Source: the human T2T-CHM13v2.0 reference genome, Homo sapiens
DNA: 64,000 nucleotides
Assembly (NCBI RefSeq): GCF_009914755.1
Contig: NC_060926.1
Reading direction: 5' to 3' (one strand)
Shown here: piece by piece, positions 63,879 through 64,000 of the stretch
How the letters are laid out: every line of letters begins with the position of its first letter
Position numbering within the stretch: the first letter of the stretch is position 1
Position numbers and translations under genes: made by a program
The notes under the pieces: generated by a model
Database searches by the model: none
What the model was told of the DNA's origin: nothing
What the model saw: the letters and a program-made list of their open reading frames with translations, nothing else

Positions 63879-64000
63879 TGATATGGTTAGGCTTTGTGTC
63901 CCCACCCAAATCTTGAATTGTAATCCTCATAATCCCCACATGTCAAGGGAGAGACCAGGTGGAGGTAATTGGATCATGGATTGGTTTCCCCCATGCTGTT
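63879..64000 (+). mobile_element. THE1C/D LTR (runs off the window end)
   Basis: 'tgatatggttaggctttgtgtccccacccaaatc...gggagagaccaggtggaggtaattgg'. Confidence 0.88.

Overview
This window is primate (very likely human) AT-rich, CpG-depleted non-coding DNA, either intergenic or deep intronic. I see no credible protein-coding gene, CpG island, tRNA/rRNA or CRISPR array. The supplied ORFs are explained by Alu/LTR frames, simple repeats or chance. A large part of the window is recognisable transposon relics: nine Alus and a FAM; many MaLR/ERVL LTRs (MLT1, MLT2, MST, THE1, LTR16); two LTR8-family LTRs; L1, L2 and MIR fragments; hAT MERs; a MADE1 remnant; and a near full-length decayed HSMAR2 mariner. 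I found no evidence of a new biological system. The most unusual signals are structural. (1) There are three short local dispersed duplications of similar divergence (about 93-95% identity by hand count), two of them fused into one templated composite insert. (2) An MLT1A structure has U5 ends facing outward on both sides under a near-matching 5-bp TSD. (3) A cluster of inversions and fold-backs lies at 32.4-34.6 kb. (4) There is a 1.1-kb polypyrimidine tract. Repeat subfamily names come from recalled consensus motifs, not from a database search, and boundaries of old repeats are approximate.
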